This document shows positions 13,001 to 26,300 of a stretch of 64,000 bases of DNA, piece by piece; positions within the stretch are counted from its first letter, which is position 1; each line of letters starts with the position of its first letter. The notes under the pieces were generated by a model. The model searched no databases, was not told where the DNA came from, and saw only the letters and a program-made list of their open reading frames with translations. The position numbers and the translations under genes are program-made. The stretch spans positions 1-64,000 of the forward strand of contig CDMY01000571.1 of assembly GCA_001179505.1 (NCBI GenBank). Direction: 5' to 3'. The DNA comes from Vitrella brassicaformis CCMP3155. Taxonomy: Eukaryota > Protista > Chromerida.

Positions 13001-16000
13001 GACGGTGAGTGGACGTCCAGCGTGAAGGATGCGTTGGGGGCCGTGACGTGGCGCGCCTGTGTGTCGGGTGTCGGTGCTGCTGCAGGGGCCGGGGCGGCGG
13101 GTGGTTGGGGTGTTGTTTGTGGTGGTGGTGGTGGTGGTTGCCGCTGATTGGCTGCTGCTGCTCCGTGGCTGGGAGAGCTGCCGCGGCTGCCCTTGCGCTC
13201 CTGATGACAAACAAGACACAGATACACACGCATGAAGGTCTTCCTTGCTCTCCATCAATGGTCCTGCCTGCCTGTGACACACCCACCATGAGTTTCTCCT
13301 CGATGAATTTCTCGGCCGACAGTGCGATGGCCATTCCCACATCGCCATCCATCCCGTCGCCGCCCGCCGAGGACGCGGCACACGACGCCTGCTCGCCGAC
13401 CCTCCACACTGTACGGCCCGCCTCAGCCTGTCCCTGCCCCTGCCCCTGCCGAGACATCGCCGAAACACCGGGCGAGTAGGTGTGATGGGTGTAGAAGCTC
13501 ACGAAGAATCCCGACTGCCGGTCATCGAGGCCCATCGACACCTCCTCGCCCACACGAGCGAACTGGACGAGAGAGAAGCCCGGGACGGTCTGCATGGCGG
13601 CGAGGAGCCGCTTGACGACGCTACTAAGGCGCATGGCCGAGCAGCTGAGGGGGTACTGCAGCTTGACGTGCATGCCTTCTTGGGCTGCTGGCGGGGGAGA
13701 GCTGCCCGTACTGGTGTTGGTGCTGGTGCTGGCGGCCGCCACCTGAAGCCTTGGAAGCAACGGGTGAGAGGGCGGCAACAGGCTGGCGAACTGGGGCACC
13801 ACCCACTGTTCCCCTGGCCGAGACACATCCCGCCCTCCGACGCTGCCGCGAGGGGCGACAAAGACGCTCGAGAGGGGCACCACGACGCCCGCATTGATGA
13901 GGTCGGTGAGGGGCCCGCGGAACCCGGTGGGCGATGATGATGACGAGTGGTCGCTGCCACCCAGACATCGCAGGAGGGGCCGTGTGGACACCACCCCTGA
14001 GTGTGTGGGGGCCAGGTAGCTCTGGCTGGACGTCAGGACCCGCACAGGGCCGATCAGCGTGGCGGGGTTGTAGCAAGGGGGAGCCGTGGGCACCATGTGG
14101 TGGGTCGTGTAGGGCTGCTCCTCGCTGGAGCTGCCTCGCAGGACCGTCACGACCTGCTTGATGAGCACGGCCTCCTTGTCCTTGGTCCGCCTGGTCTTGC
14201 CAGGTGTGCCGTTGTGAGAAGAGACCACCTCGCCCAGCTCGGCGAAGTTGCCCTGCCACACCTCCAGCGAGTTGCCGCCCACCTTGTTCAGAAAAGGGGA
14301 GGGCGGGCTGTGTGTTGACGGCGCAGCGGGCGGAGCGGGTGTCTGTGAGGGGTCGACAGGCGACGGCATCGTGGTGACCCGGGGAGTGGCCGACTCGCGT
14401 CTGGTGTTGCGGACCACCACCACCTGGGCCCCGTGTCGGCCGGGCGCCACTCGGTCGCAGACCATGCGTACATAGTCGTCTCCTCCATCTGTGTCGCCAT
14501 CGAGCACCACAATCACCACCACCCGACCACACGCCTCCCGCCGCAGCCGGAACGAGTGGTCGAAGGGCCATGCCGGCGCATCCCCCGAGTGCCCATCCTC
14601 CTTGTGGTGCGACGGCTGCACGTAGGGGGCTGTGCTCGCGTCGGCTGTCTGGAAGAGGATGGGGCCCATGACGGGTATGAAGTCGCAGAAGGCGGGGCAG
14701 TCAATGACGGTGACGTTGACGGCCTTGGTGTTGGTGCTCGGGTGGTTGGTGTGCCTGTTGCCGCCGTGGCAGGTGGGTTTGCGGTGGAAGAGGGACGTGT
14801 GGAAGCGAGGGTGGTGGATGGCCTCCTCGGACAAACGGACATGATGCACCTTCACCCCGCCCTCAAGGTGGGCCTCTGTGTGGGTGTCTGGGTAACCACC
14901 CTCGCGGCTGGTGGTGGCGGTGCCCTTGCCGTCGATGCCATGCAGGTTGTCGACCAGCCACTTGGCCACTGTGGACTTGCCCACACGTGGCGGGCCCACC
15001 ACAATGAAGCGAGCGCTCGCCCCACCACCAGCACCCAATGCGGCGTGCCGGTGTGTCTGTGGAGGTCCCCGGTGTCCCTCTGCGTCCCGCTGCTGGTACG
15101 ACTTGGGGGTGAGTCCGAAGCTGCCCGTCACCACAGTGTCCCGCAGCGGGGGCAGCTCCAAGTTGCTGCTGCTGCTGGATGTCTTGTTTCTCTCCCTGCT
15201 GCTGCTGTTGGTGCCGTGCGGGTGGCGGTGCGTGGTTGCGGTAGTGGCGGCGGCGTTTGTGTCGCGGGGGAAGTGGGAATGGTGGTGGTGCTCACGCAGA
15301 GGAGAGCAGCCGTCCAGCAGGCTCAGCCGGCCCTGCTGCCGCAGCTGCCGCAACGCCTCCAACACCTGAATGAACAGAGAGAGAAAGTTGGTCAGGTGCA
15401 CCCCCCCATCATCATCAAATCAAGCTTGCTGAGCTCTTTTGTTTGTGTGAGCTGAGGTGTGTGCTGTGTTGCTCCCTCCCTCACGATGTCTTTGTAGTTT
15501 TGCTGTTCCCTCTGCTCCCTCAGGTAGGTGTGCATGGTCTCATGACACATAAGGTGCCGGTCATTCAGCACCGCCAGGCACTCCATCAGGCCCGCAAACC
15601 GCTGCTCATCGAGCGCCTGATACAGATCCACAGCTGCGGACGACGGCACGTTCGCGGCTCCCTTGATGCTGCCGCTGCTGGCCTTGGCCCGCTCGAAGCC
15701 GAATGACCGTTGCAGCATGAGCATGGCTGCCGAGAGGTCGACATTGAGAGGGCAGTCGGGCCGCGGTGTCTTGATGACGTGACAGAAGGGCGACAGGAGG
15801 GATGCCGCGACGGTTCGGAAGAGTGGCGGGCGGAGGAGCCCGATGTCGGGGTGCCGGAGGCCGCCCACGCCCTCGTCGGCCGTGCCCTTGAAGCCGCCCT
15901 TCATCTCCCACCCCAGCCTGACACACAGGAGAGAGACATCCCATCACTCTCGACAGCTGGCTGGTGCGATGTGTGGTGTTGCTGTGTCGTTCGTTTGTGT

Positions 16001-19000
16001 ACGTACCTGTAGCTGGCTGTGGGTGTGGGCGTGGGCATCTCGCCGAATATGGGGTCGACCGAGACCTGCATGGGCGGGGAGATGCTCCTGTTCCTTACGT
16101 CGCCCGGCATCCCGTGCTCCCCACCACCACCGCCGCCGCCGCCAACGGGGCGGTCCGGCCCGTTGATGAAGTGCTCATAGAGCTGGGGCGAGTTGAGCAG
16201 CGCCACGGGGTTGCTGCTGTTGGTGTTGTATGCGCCAGGGGCGGACACAGCCGTGGAGGTGTAGGAAGCCGTCCACTGGGGCGCGTCTGGCCGGAGGTTG
16301 GTCACGTTGGAGTAGGGGCTGCGAGGCGGGCTGGGGTCCTCCAGGATGGCCGGCAGCGCACGTATCGCATCCAGCACAGCCTGAGTCGTCACGTGCGCCA
16401 CGTCAACCGACCGCTCGCTGCCGCGTGCCGTGGGGGAGGATGCTGCCCCTGCTGTGGCCCGCCTGGGCACAGATGCCAGCAGCGGCCCGTTGGGTGCGCT
16501 TTGGTGTGCGGTGGTGAGCGAAGCCACGCCCAGTGCCTGCGGGACGTCGATGAAGGGTGCCTCCTGCAGGAGACAGGCCGCCACGTCGAATGCCCCCACC
16601 CTCACCGCCGCTTTCAGCGGCCGGAATGACAGGTCCGTGGCCGTCAGCGCCGCACCGCCTCCTCCTGCCCCTGCCCCTCCGCTGATGGGCTGTCTGTCGG
16701 GTGAGGGTGTCTGTGTCTGTGTGGACCCCTGCTTGGGTTTGAGGGCGGCGCGCAGGGGGGGTACGATGGGGTCGGCGCCGCAGTTGAGGAGCAGGGACAC
16801 CAGGGGCCGACTTTGCGACATGATGGCGAAGGCCAGAGGGGAGTAACCCATGCGGTCCTGTTTGTTTCAACACGCGGTCACACACAGAAGGAATGCAGGT
16901 TTGCAGGGTGGGTGCGTGACGGGGAGTGTTGCTGGCGTGATTTCTGTCTGCTCTGCCCGCCTGACTGACTGACCCTTTGGTTGAGTTTGACGGCGTCTGT
17001 GCCGTTTGTCTGCAGGAGGTGGGCGGCGATCTGGGCCGCACCACTCAGACACGCCCAGTGGAGACTCGTACGGCCGAACGAATCTGCACATCAGAACGTC
17101 AGACACACCGACATGAGTAAGACATATATCGATAAGCGCCGCGTGTTCGTTGCAGGGGTGTATGGGAGGGAGTGAGCGAGACAGACACGTACCTGTACCG
17201 CCGGGCTTAGCGCCCTTTCGAATTAGGTAGCGCACGAGCTTGAGGTTGATGGCCTCAGAGTTGCAGAAACTCCCGCGCGCCGCCCACATCAACAGAGTCA
17301 TCCCACACGCGTCACGCAGCGTACCCACCGCCAAACCCTGCACACACACACACACACACACGCGCACGCGCCCCAATATACCTTGACGTATAGCAGGCAT
17401 CGCATCATTCATTTTGTGATACGTACCGGTATGTGCTGTTCGAACGCCTCGATGACGGGCGTGATGCCGGCCCATGCGGCGAGCGACAAGACAGTCAGCC
17501 GCAGCGGGGGATCGCCGCCATTGCCACATCCACCACCAGCAGCAGCCTCAGTAGCAGGTGAGCACGGGGAGCCGTCGGCAGCAGCCGCCCCTGAGGCTGG
17601 CGCTGCCGTCGGGATGGCCTGACCACCCAAGTCAGCCGCCAACAGCTGACGCGTCACCTGCACACACATAGTTGGTGCACACGCGACAGGAAGGTCACTT
17701 CTGTCTGTCTCTGTGTGGTTTGTTTGTGCAGTCAGTGTGCTGTGGTGTCCTCACTCACCGCTCCGCAGAAGGTGTACAGCTCCGTGACGAGGGTCCTGGC
17801 AGCGACGTCCGTGCTGCCTCTCGAATTGAGGACCTGCTGGAAGGACGCCGCCAGCTGGCCGAAGCCACCGAGCCCAAGCAGCCCCTCGTCTCTAGACACA
17901 CCACTCTCTTCGCCCCCGTCCGCACCCGCCCCCGCCCCCCTGGCTCTCCGCTGCTTCTGCAATGGCGAGGGCAGGTAGCAGTCCATGAGCACCCGTCGGG
18001 CCCACGACACCGTCAGCAGCACCAGCAGCGTCACGGGACACCGCTCCGCACTGGCCTCCGCGGGCCCCTTGCGTGTCGACTCCTCCATATTCCGCCCGGC
18101 CCTCGGGGTGCCCGGTGTCTTTGAACGACCGCCGGCGTTGTAGCGGTAGAGCTTCGGCACCGCACTGCCCGCCACTCGAGGGATCAGAGGCCCCTCGCCG
18201 CCCAGCGCGCTAATGCTCACGTTGGCCGACTCGGGCCCTTCGTCTGAGCCCCCCGCCTCGGACATGATGTCGTCATGTCCTGGTGAAGGTGGGCAGCTGG
18301 GGGACCGCTGGCTCATGGGGTCCAGCAGGGGACTGGAAGGGTTCAGGTGGGTGGACGGGAGGCCCACGGCCACACAGCCCCGCCGCCGGCTCTCCAGGGT
18401 GTCCATCAAGGCCAGCTGCGTCATCAGCTGCCGCAGGGGCGAGGCGGCTGCCATCTGGTGGGTAGAGGAGGATGACCCAAGGTGCAGCTGGTCTGCGGCC
18501 TGCGGCAGGGGTCGTAGCCTGGTGCCCCTGTGCTTGTTGTGGGAGCTCTCGTGTGCAGCATTCGATGTGTCCTCCATGACGGCCCCCGTGGCTGCGGCGA
18601 GGAGCGTGGCAAACGAGAAGACCAGTGGGGTGGCGGACGGCTTGGCGGTCTCCCAGATGAGCGGCAGGTCGCACATCGATGCGAAGCTGCGAAGGTCGAA
18701 CAGCCCCGACAGCCAGCCGTCGAAGTCGTGAGCCGTGAGGGTGACGGCCACCTCCAGGCTGGGCAGGAAGATCGGGCGCATCAGTGCCCTCCCGCCCTCA
18801 ATCTCCAGCCGCAGGTCGGTGGCCCGCAGCTGCTGCTGCAGAAAGGCCGACAGCTCCACGGCCTGCTCACCTTCATCGTCATGCTTGTGTGCGGGCGGGG
18901 GCAGGAGGGCCAGACAGGTGGTGGGCAGGATGCAGTTGACCCGCAGAGGGGACCACATGCCGCCCCTCAGCGTCTTCCACAGCAGGTCGGGCAGCGATGA

Positions 19001-22000
19001 GCAAGGAACGCTGGGGGGCGCCCCGCCGTTGGGCGTCTCGTAGGCGTGTCTGAGCTCCTGCAGGCCCAGGCTCATGAGCCACAAGGCCACCTGGTGCGTG
19101 CCGTCAGGGTGGACGGGCACCAGCAGGCGCTCCCCCAGGAGGGCGTGGAGGTACCCTTCCCACGGGTAGCAGTTCCATGAGGACCCCGGCGTCATCAGCA
19201 GCTGCAGATAGGCGAACACCAAGCCATCCAGCTCCGCCACCGGGATGCTCACAGGCCCGTCGGGCGGGCCCGCCACAGACCCCACTGGCGAGTGGCCGCT
19301 CAGCCACGCGCCGTCACTGCGGGCCACATGGCAGGTCAGCCTCACTGCCGGCACGCCGCCCACCGACACCTCGGCGCCCGCCCGGCTGCCGCTGCCGCTG
19401 CTGCACTGGGACAGCACCGGGACGAACCTTCCGGTGGCTGCCGAGAAGGTCCGTAGGTCGTGGTAGGGGTCGGGCTGCTGCGGGGAGGGCGGGGGGATGG
19501 TCATGCCGTCGCACTCCATGACGAACGACGAGCAGTACTCTGCGGGGGTGTCGGTGATGCGGAGGTGCAGCGGGGAGAAGACCTCGAGGGCCAGGGTGGC
19601 CTCGCTGCCCGCCACTGACGGAAAGAGTACCGCCGCGCCCTGCGCCAGGGAGGCGTTCTTGGCGTCGTCTGTGTGTGCGGTGTCGGTGTGTGTGGTGGAT
19701 GGCGGGTGGTATGGGGGCGGCGGGCGGGGCAGCCTGTGCCGCCATCTGAGTCCGGCGGCGAAGAGGAGGTCCCACTTGACCATGAAGATGACGTTGTGTG
19801 GCGGGGGAGCCGGGGGGGAGTTGAAGATGTGCTGGTAGTTCTCGTGCAGGTGGTAGATCTCCTCCTGCGTCAGCAGCCGAGGGCCCGCACCGGGGTTGCG
19901 ACCCACAGACTTGGGGCTACCCGGCAGGCGAAGCGACCACGATTCCCTGCGCACACAAATACAACACAAAAAAAAGGCGAACAGACAGACCATGAGTGGG
20001 CGCGTGTTTGTGTGTCGAGCGAGACGGTGGCGAGCTGACCGACCCAGTGCCGTCTTTGCTTGAGGGGCTGGAGAGCGCCGCGTTATTGAGTTGCATCTCC
20101 ATCCTCAGCTCGATGTGCGCCATCAGCCGCCACAGCAAGATCTGCTCGGGCCGGTACTCCAACTCTATGTCTGCAAGCCATCCATCCATCCATCCAACCA
20201 ACACACAGAGCGCGGTTTCCGTCTTGTTCCTCTGCTGTGTTGTGTGGAAAGGCTGCTTGTCAGCTGTCTGACCTGTGAGAATGTGTTGTGCGACTCGGTC
20301 GATGGGTGGGAAGTTGCGCCTCCAGCTGCAGATTGACTCAGGCCCGTCGAACTTGCGCTTGTACACCGCTATGTACCGCTTGCAGTGAATCCGCATCGCC
20401 AGACCCTCGCGCAACCTGCACACCACACCATACACACACAAGGCCGTCTGGAGGTCTGTCTGTCTCCCTTTGCCAGGCAGGTTCTTCTGCTCGCTCAGCT
20501 CACGTGATGGGCGCCCTCCGTAGGTATCGCTGCAGCCTGAAGAACTCCCGCACCCGCCGCCACCTAAGCTTGCTGCTGCTGAGGTTGAGGGGGTTGTCCT
20601 GCGGGTGGTAGAAGTGGTGGCACCCCTCCATGGCTGGCATGAGGGGCTGGCTGAAGGCCATGGGGCCGCCGGGAGGGAGGATGCCGCTCTGGTGGTGGTG
20701 GTGGTAGTGGTGCGGCTGCTGGTGGTCGTGGAGGTGTCTGGTGGGCACGGGGGGTGAGAAGGAGGGCCGTGAAGGGGTGTGAGTGTGTGGAGGGGGGAAG
20801 TGGGTGTTGTGTGAGGGGAAGGACACGTGGTGGGGGAGGGCCGTGTACGGGCTGTCGGCCTCGTTGGGGTACAGCGAGCTGCGGCCGTGCAGGTAGTGCC
20901 ACAACTGGAAACTCGACATCCTGAACCACCCCAAGCGACCGACATACACACAATGTGCCATGCCACCCTGATCATGCTTCTGTCCGCCCGCCCGCCTGCC
21001 TCCATGTCTGTCTGTCTGTCTGTCTGCCCTTCCTCGCTCACCTTTGTTCCAGGAAACGGATGGCCTTGAGGACCTCCTGATTGGTCGAGAGGTCGACGGG
21101 CAGCCTCGCCAGCACGGGCGGGCAGGTAAAACCGTCGGGACAGCCGCCTCCCTGCCCCTCCTGCGACTGTGCAGCCGGCCACACGCCGTAGAAGCTGTTC
21201 CTGCTGCCCTGGGTGGCCGCAGGGAGGACCGGCGCAGAAGTGTCGGGCTGCACCCGGAAGGAGAGGTTGACGCTGTTGTACTCTAGGTCCCTGTCGGCCT
21301 CCTTGGCGCGTCCCTCGCGCACGTGTGGGTTGGCGGGGTATGCAGGGGGCGGGGGGCGGTCCTTGGCCATGTGGGCGGGGATGGTGTTGAGCTGGGCGTG
21401 CAGCTGCACCCACAACGGCAGCACCATCACTGCCGGCCGCCGGTCGAACGTCGCCCGCCGACTGGATGCGTTCCTCATGGGGTCCTCCTCTGCATCGACG
21501 CAGCCGAGGTGACATGGCAGGAGGGGAGGGGGGAGGGAGGGGGAGGGGCTGCCGGGGCGGTTGGAGTTGGCAGGGGGCTGCGTGAAGGGTCGCTGGGCAA
21601 GTGACTGACCCTCGGGCCAGTCCGTGTGGAACAGCGACACTATCTCGGACGCCTCAATGGCGGCGAAGATCTGACAGCCACGCCATACACACAACCATCA
21701 TACACAGGCAGATTGATGAGGCCGGTCCGGTGGTAAGCCAACAGGGGTTGTTGTGTGTGTCGATTCGGTTCAGTGTTTGGTTTACATACCCCGTTGGGTT
21801 CCTGTGCGGTAGCTTCGTAGAGCGACCAGGGCACGTACAGCGGGCACATGTGGTGGAAATGGAGACTCACGCCACGCAGCTCCAGCTTCTCACCAAACAC
21901 TTTCCAGCCCTCACCCTCGGGGTCCTCACTCCCCTCCTCCACACCACCAGAACCGCCCAGCCGCACAATACGCCCGCGCTGGTGGCCCCGAGGCTCGCGG

Positions 22001-22971
22001 GAGAACTTTGGCACCTGAGGGCAACATTCACGCCACGCAACCAGCAGCACGTCAAGCCCTTTTTCTTTGCGTGTCTGTGTGGTGTGTGTGGGTTGGTGTG
22101 TGGCTCACGATGAGGTGTTCGGCGGGAGCTGTGGGTGCGAGGTAGGCCGACTCGATGACGAGCCCGAAGGCAAAGGAGGAACCCTTGACATCGACATCAT
22201 CGCACTGCAGTCGAGAACACACACCACACACGACAAACAGCAAAGGAGAGACGGCCGTTGTGAGGCGACCCTTGGCAGTGCTCCCCTGTCTGTCCGCTTC
22301 TCTGTGGTTCGCTACTGACCTCTAGTCGAATGTGTGCCCGGGTGAGCTTGAGTGAGAGTTTGCTGAAGTAGTCCCTGAAGGCGTTGCGGATGACCTCCAT
22401 CTCTGCACTACCACACCCGTCGGCGGCCCTGTTGGTGGCGTCCGAGCGCCCGCCCCTGGTCTGGAGCAGCTCCAGCTGGCTGATCTCCTGGCTGCGGTGC
22501 GTGGATGTCTCGCTCCGGCCCAGCACCTGACACGTCGGCGCCACCACGGCATACAGCCCGTCGATGGCCACCTCCACATGGCCCGTGACAATCGACGTCA
22601 CGCGGAACGACAGCGACGACACGAAGCCGGCCTTGAGCGTCAGGGGGAGGCTGCACTGCAGGAAGAACTTGTTCACCGGCTCCGGCTTGAACGCCAAGTC
22701 CCTGAAGGAAGCAAGGAAACCACACACCACACACCACGACACACACAAAAGGCACAACACACCACCCACAGGTAGCGGTGCCAAACAGAGAGAGTCCCGG
22801 TGAAAACAGCCGTGTCGGTCGGTCAGTGCGGCAAAGGTTTTGTGTGTGTGTTTTGCTATGTCACCTGAGTGTGACTTGTCCGGCGAGTAGGCTGATTTTG
22901 AGCTGGTCGGAGCTGAAGCCATAGAGGAAGGCATCCAGCTGCGTCCGGATGGTATCCAGCAGCTTGTCCAT
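10096..22971 (-). CDS. Giant multi-exon protein (about 20 exons, roughly 3,600 aa): Chorein-N/VPS13-like N-terminus, ankyrin repeats, Roc-COR-like P-loop domain, low-complexity C-terminus
   Basis: The N-terminus reads MDKLLDTIRTQLDAFLYGFSSDQLKISLLAGQVTLRDLAFKPEPVNKFFLQCSLPLTLKAGFVSSLSFRV...VEVAIDGLYAVVAP (Chorein-N pattern). Ankyrin repeats include GMTLLMWAARG, DSFGRTSLHWACLSG and DRMGYSPLAFAIMS. The P-loop is GPPRVGKST (14970-14996). GT-AG junctions checked from 22971 to about 13200 all keep frame. Downstream introns are only partly checked and the 3' end is uncertain. Confidence 0.75.
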
Positions 22972-23391
22972 CCTCGGCCACTCAAGTCACACAGCTACGC
23001 GGTGGGCGAGGCCAGAGAGGCTGCACGCGGCATCACAGCGCCAGCGCAGAGGAAAGCCACGCAAGGCAGGCCGCTCGTGTGATCTGGCCAGCAGGGAACT
23101 GGAAAGCGGTCCTACCGACAAAGGGCCGTATCTGACTTGCTCTCTCTGTATGTTGGACACCAGTTGTGGAACAACGTGCTTTTGTTTCGTGCGGGCTGAG
23201 CTTGCAGATTTGAGCTCGCATCAAACGCCGGGCTCCCCCTCGTGCTGAAGGGTAGCCTTTAGGCCCTTGACAGTACTGGAGTACTGCAGTGGTTGACTCC
23301 CTGTGCCGCCCGACATGCAAACTGGGGGCGTCTCCAAACGCCAGGGAGCTGCGTGGCTCAGTCTTGCGTGTGCGTGGAGGTGTGACTCACA

Positions 23392-26300
23392 ATGAGCCAC
23401 TCCCCTACCCGCCCATCTCTCGCACGGGTCGGCAGCCGACGCACAGCGACCAGCATAGACCACAATTGACGGCTTGTGTTGCGTTGTGTGTCAGGTTGGG
23501 ACAGCGTCCTCTGCAGACGAGGGAGGGCAGCAGCCGACGATGCTGTCGCCGACCGCTGCGGCGCGTGTCACACCGTCGAGCCGGCGGTCCAGCAAACTGG
23601 ACCGCAGCTCCACAAAGAAACTTGCCATGGTACGAGTGCACCCAGTCTCGCGCCAATCAGCGGTGTCTTCCATGTGTGTGTACGTCTGTCTGTCGCCTGG
23701 CTGCAGATGATAGAGAAGGAAGACGATGAAATGGTGTCTGTCATGCGGCGGCGGCAGGTATTGTTTGCAATGGGACTCCGTGTGTTGTGTGTGTGTGTGC
23801 GTGTGCGTATGTGTGGCGCGGGTCCATTTGTCTGGGCCTTTCCGTGTGTGTGCCAACAGAGCATGTTCCAGAGCCAGATCCAGGAGCTCGAGGAGACGCT
23901 CGCTGAGAGGGACGACGAGATCGAGCGGCTGCAGGTGGGCAGCAAGAGAGAGACAAGCAGCACTGCTTCACCCGATGGATGGCTGCGTGCAGGGGAGGAC
24001 TCGTGAGTTGGAGGAGAATGGTGCGGCGCTCGAGGACAGGAACGGGCAGCTGGAGGAGAGTCGGCAGGACTGGGAGGACAAGGCGCGGGCCTGGGAGGAC
24101 AAGTGCCACGAGTGGGAGGGCAAGAGCCACCAGTGGGAGAAGAACAGCAACGAATGGGAACGGAAGAGCGGAGACTTCCAAGCCAAGTGGCAGAACACCG
24201 AGGCCAAGTGGCACGCGGCCGAGGAGCGCGCACACTCGCTGGAGGAAAAGCTTCACGAGGCAGAGGTAGCTGAGCTGCATGGAACATCACACACACGCAC
24301 CAGGTCCCCCTCCCTCCCTCCCTCCCTGCCTGCGGGTGGCATGAATGAATAATGACCATCTATGTATGTGTGCAGGACGAGCGTGACAGCCTGCGTCGGA
24401 AGTTGGGCGAGAAGGATGGCCAGTTCAGCGAGGAGAGGAAGCAGCGGGTGGCGTGTGAGGACAGGCTGGAGGAGGCGCAGAGCCAGCTGCAGGAGAAGAC
24501 GCTGCAGATCCAGAGCCTCGAGGGCAAGCTGTTGCGCGCTACGGAGGCGGGATCGCAGCACCAGCGTACCCACGAGGAGGACATGCAGCGGATGCACGAA
24601 ACACACGACAAACAGGCACAGGAAATACAAAAGGTGTGGTCTGGTGTGGTGTGGTGTGGTGTGTCGGTGCCCACACACAAAGGAGGAGACACATGCTGGC
24701 GTGCAGCCCACGTCCTACTATCATCTCTTTCTCCCTCTGTGACTCCTCGTCTGTCTGTCTCAGGGTCGTGAGGCGTGCACCAAGCTGTCCATAGAGGTTC
24801 AGAACCTTGCTGTGCGCATGCGTGAGACGGAGGAGAAGCACGTGGCGGAGATCCGCCGCTTGGAGGGGCTGCTTGACCAGGCGCACCAGGACCTTGAGAA
24901 GGAGCGTCACTCCAACACGGCCCTCATCAGCAGTCAGGAGGAGCTGCGCCAGAGCATGTGGGACGAGAAGCGGAAGGACACAGAGGAGAAGCAGACACTC
25001 AAGGCGCAGCTGACCATGAAGGCCGAGGAGGACAAGGAAAGCGTCAAGCAGCAGATGGAGGCAAAGCTCAACACCACGGTGGACGAGTTCCAGCAGGAGA
25101 GGATGCGCCTCAATGACCAGATCACTCAGCTCCGCAACGACCTGGCCATGGAGCGACAGCGGTGCATATCACTCGACGAGGCACGGGAGACGCTTGAACG
25201 AGGTCAGACTCCACTTCCAGTGCATCCCGGCTGAACACACATGACATGCGGACGTCTCTCTTTTCGGTCGCTCAGATTTGAGTGGTGAGCGGCGCCGTGG
25301 TGCCTCGCTTGACGAGTTGGTGGCCAACCTGCGCAGCACACTCGACCAGCTCACCCGTGAGAAGCAGGACATCGAGGCCAGCGTTGTGGCATCGCATCAG
25401 AAACTGAACACCACTGAAGCACAGTTCAAGGGTAACTAAGGCACGGAAGGAGAAATGACAGACAGCCACATCATGACATGCCTCAAGCGCACCCCTTCTG
25501 CTGATTGCCTCACGTGTGCAGACGCCCAGCGCCGCCACTCATTGGAGCTGGAGCGCATCCATCAGCAGCAGGCACAGACGCTGAGGTCGTCTGCCGACGA
25601 CAACCACAAGCGTCTCACACAAATGGGGCAGGAGCACGCCACACAAGTGAGTAGGGGACTTGGTTCTGCCTTCGCTCTCGACGACTTGGCTGTGGACGAG
25701 CTCTTTGGTCAGATCGACGACTTGAGAAGCCACCACGCGGCCGACTTGAAGAAGGTGCTGGAGGAGTACGAGGTGGCGGTGCAGAACGTGCGGCTGGAGA
25801 GCGACAGGCAGATGTCCGCCGTGCAGAAGCAGCACAGCAAGGAGATCGACGAAATCACCGCGGCACACCACAGCGCACTGCAGGACATGCGCAACGAAAT
25901 GAGCCGGCTGCAGAACGTGAGATAAACACCACAGCAGGGAGGGAGGGTGGCTCAAGGTGACTATTGTAAGTTGTGTGTGGTTGGGGCGTAGGAGTTGTAT
26001 GACGAGCGCCAGCGGCATCAGCTGCGACTGGAGGCCGAGGCTTTGGAATATCGGCGAAAGGTGGGCGTTCCCTAACATGCTCACCACTCATGAAGCCATC
26101 CATGTGTGTCAGGATGAGGAGACGAATGAGCTCATCGGCAAGCTCAAGCACATGGAAACCAAGATCTTGCCCGACATGAAGAAGAAACTTGAGGTAAGTC
26201 GCCGACCTCCCTCGTGCTATCGACCTACCTGTGTCGTCTTGCTGCTCGTACGTTGCAGGAGACGGGCATCGAGGCCATGTCAGTGCGGCAGCAGCTCGAG

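Noticed and set aside
10331-22000. Long overlapping antisense and alternate-frame ORFs (e.g. 14433-15455 +, 19917-21515 -)
   Set aside because: These are shadow ORFs expected in GC-rich coding DNA, or read-through of introns. They carry no independent motifs.
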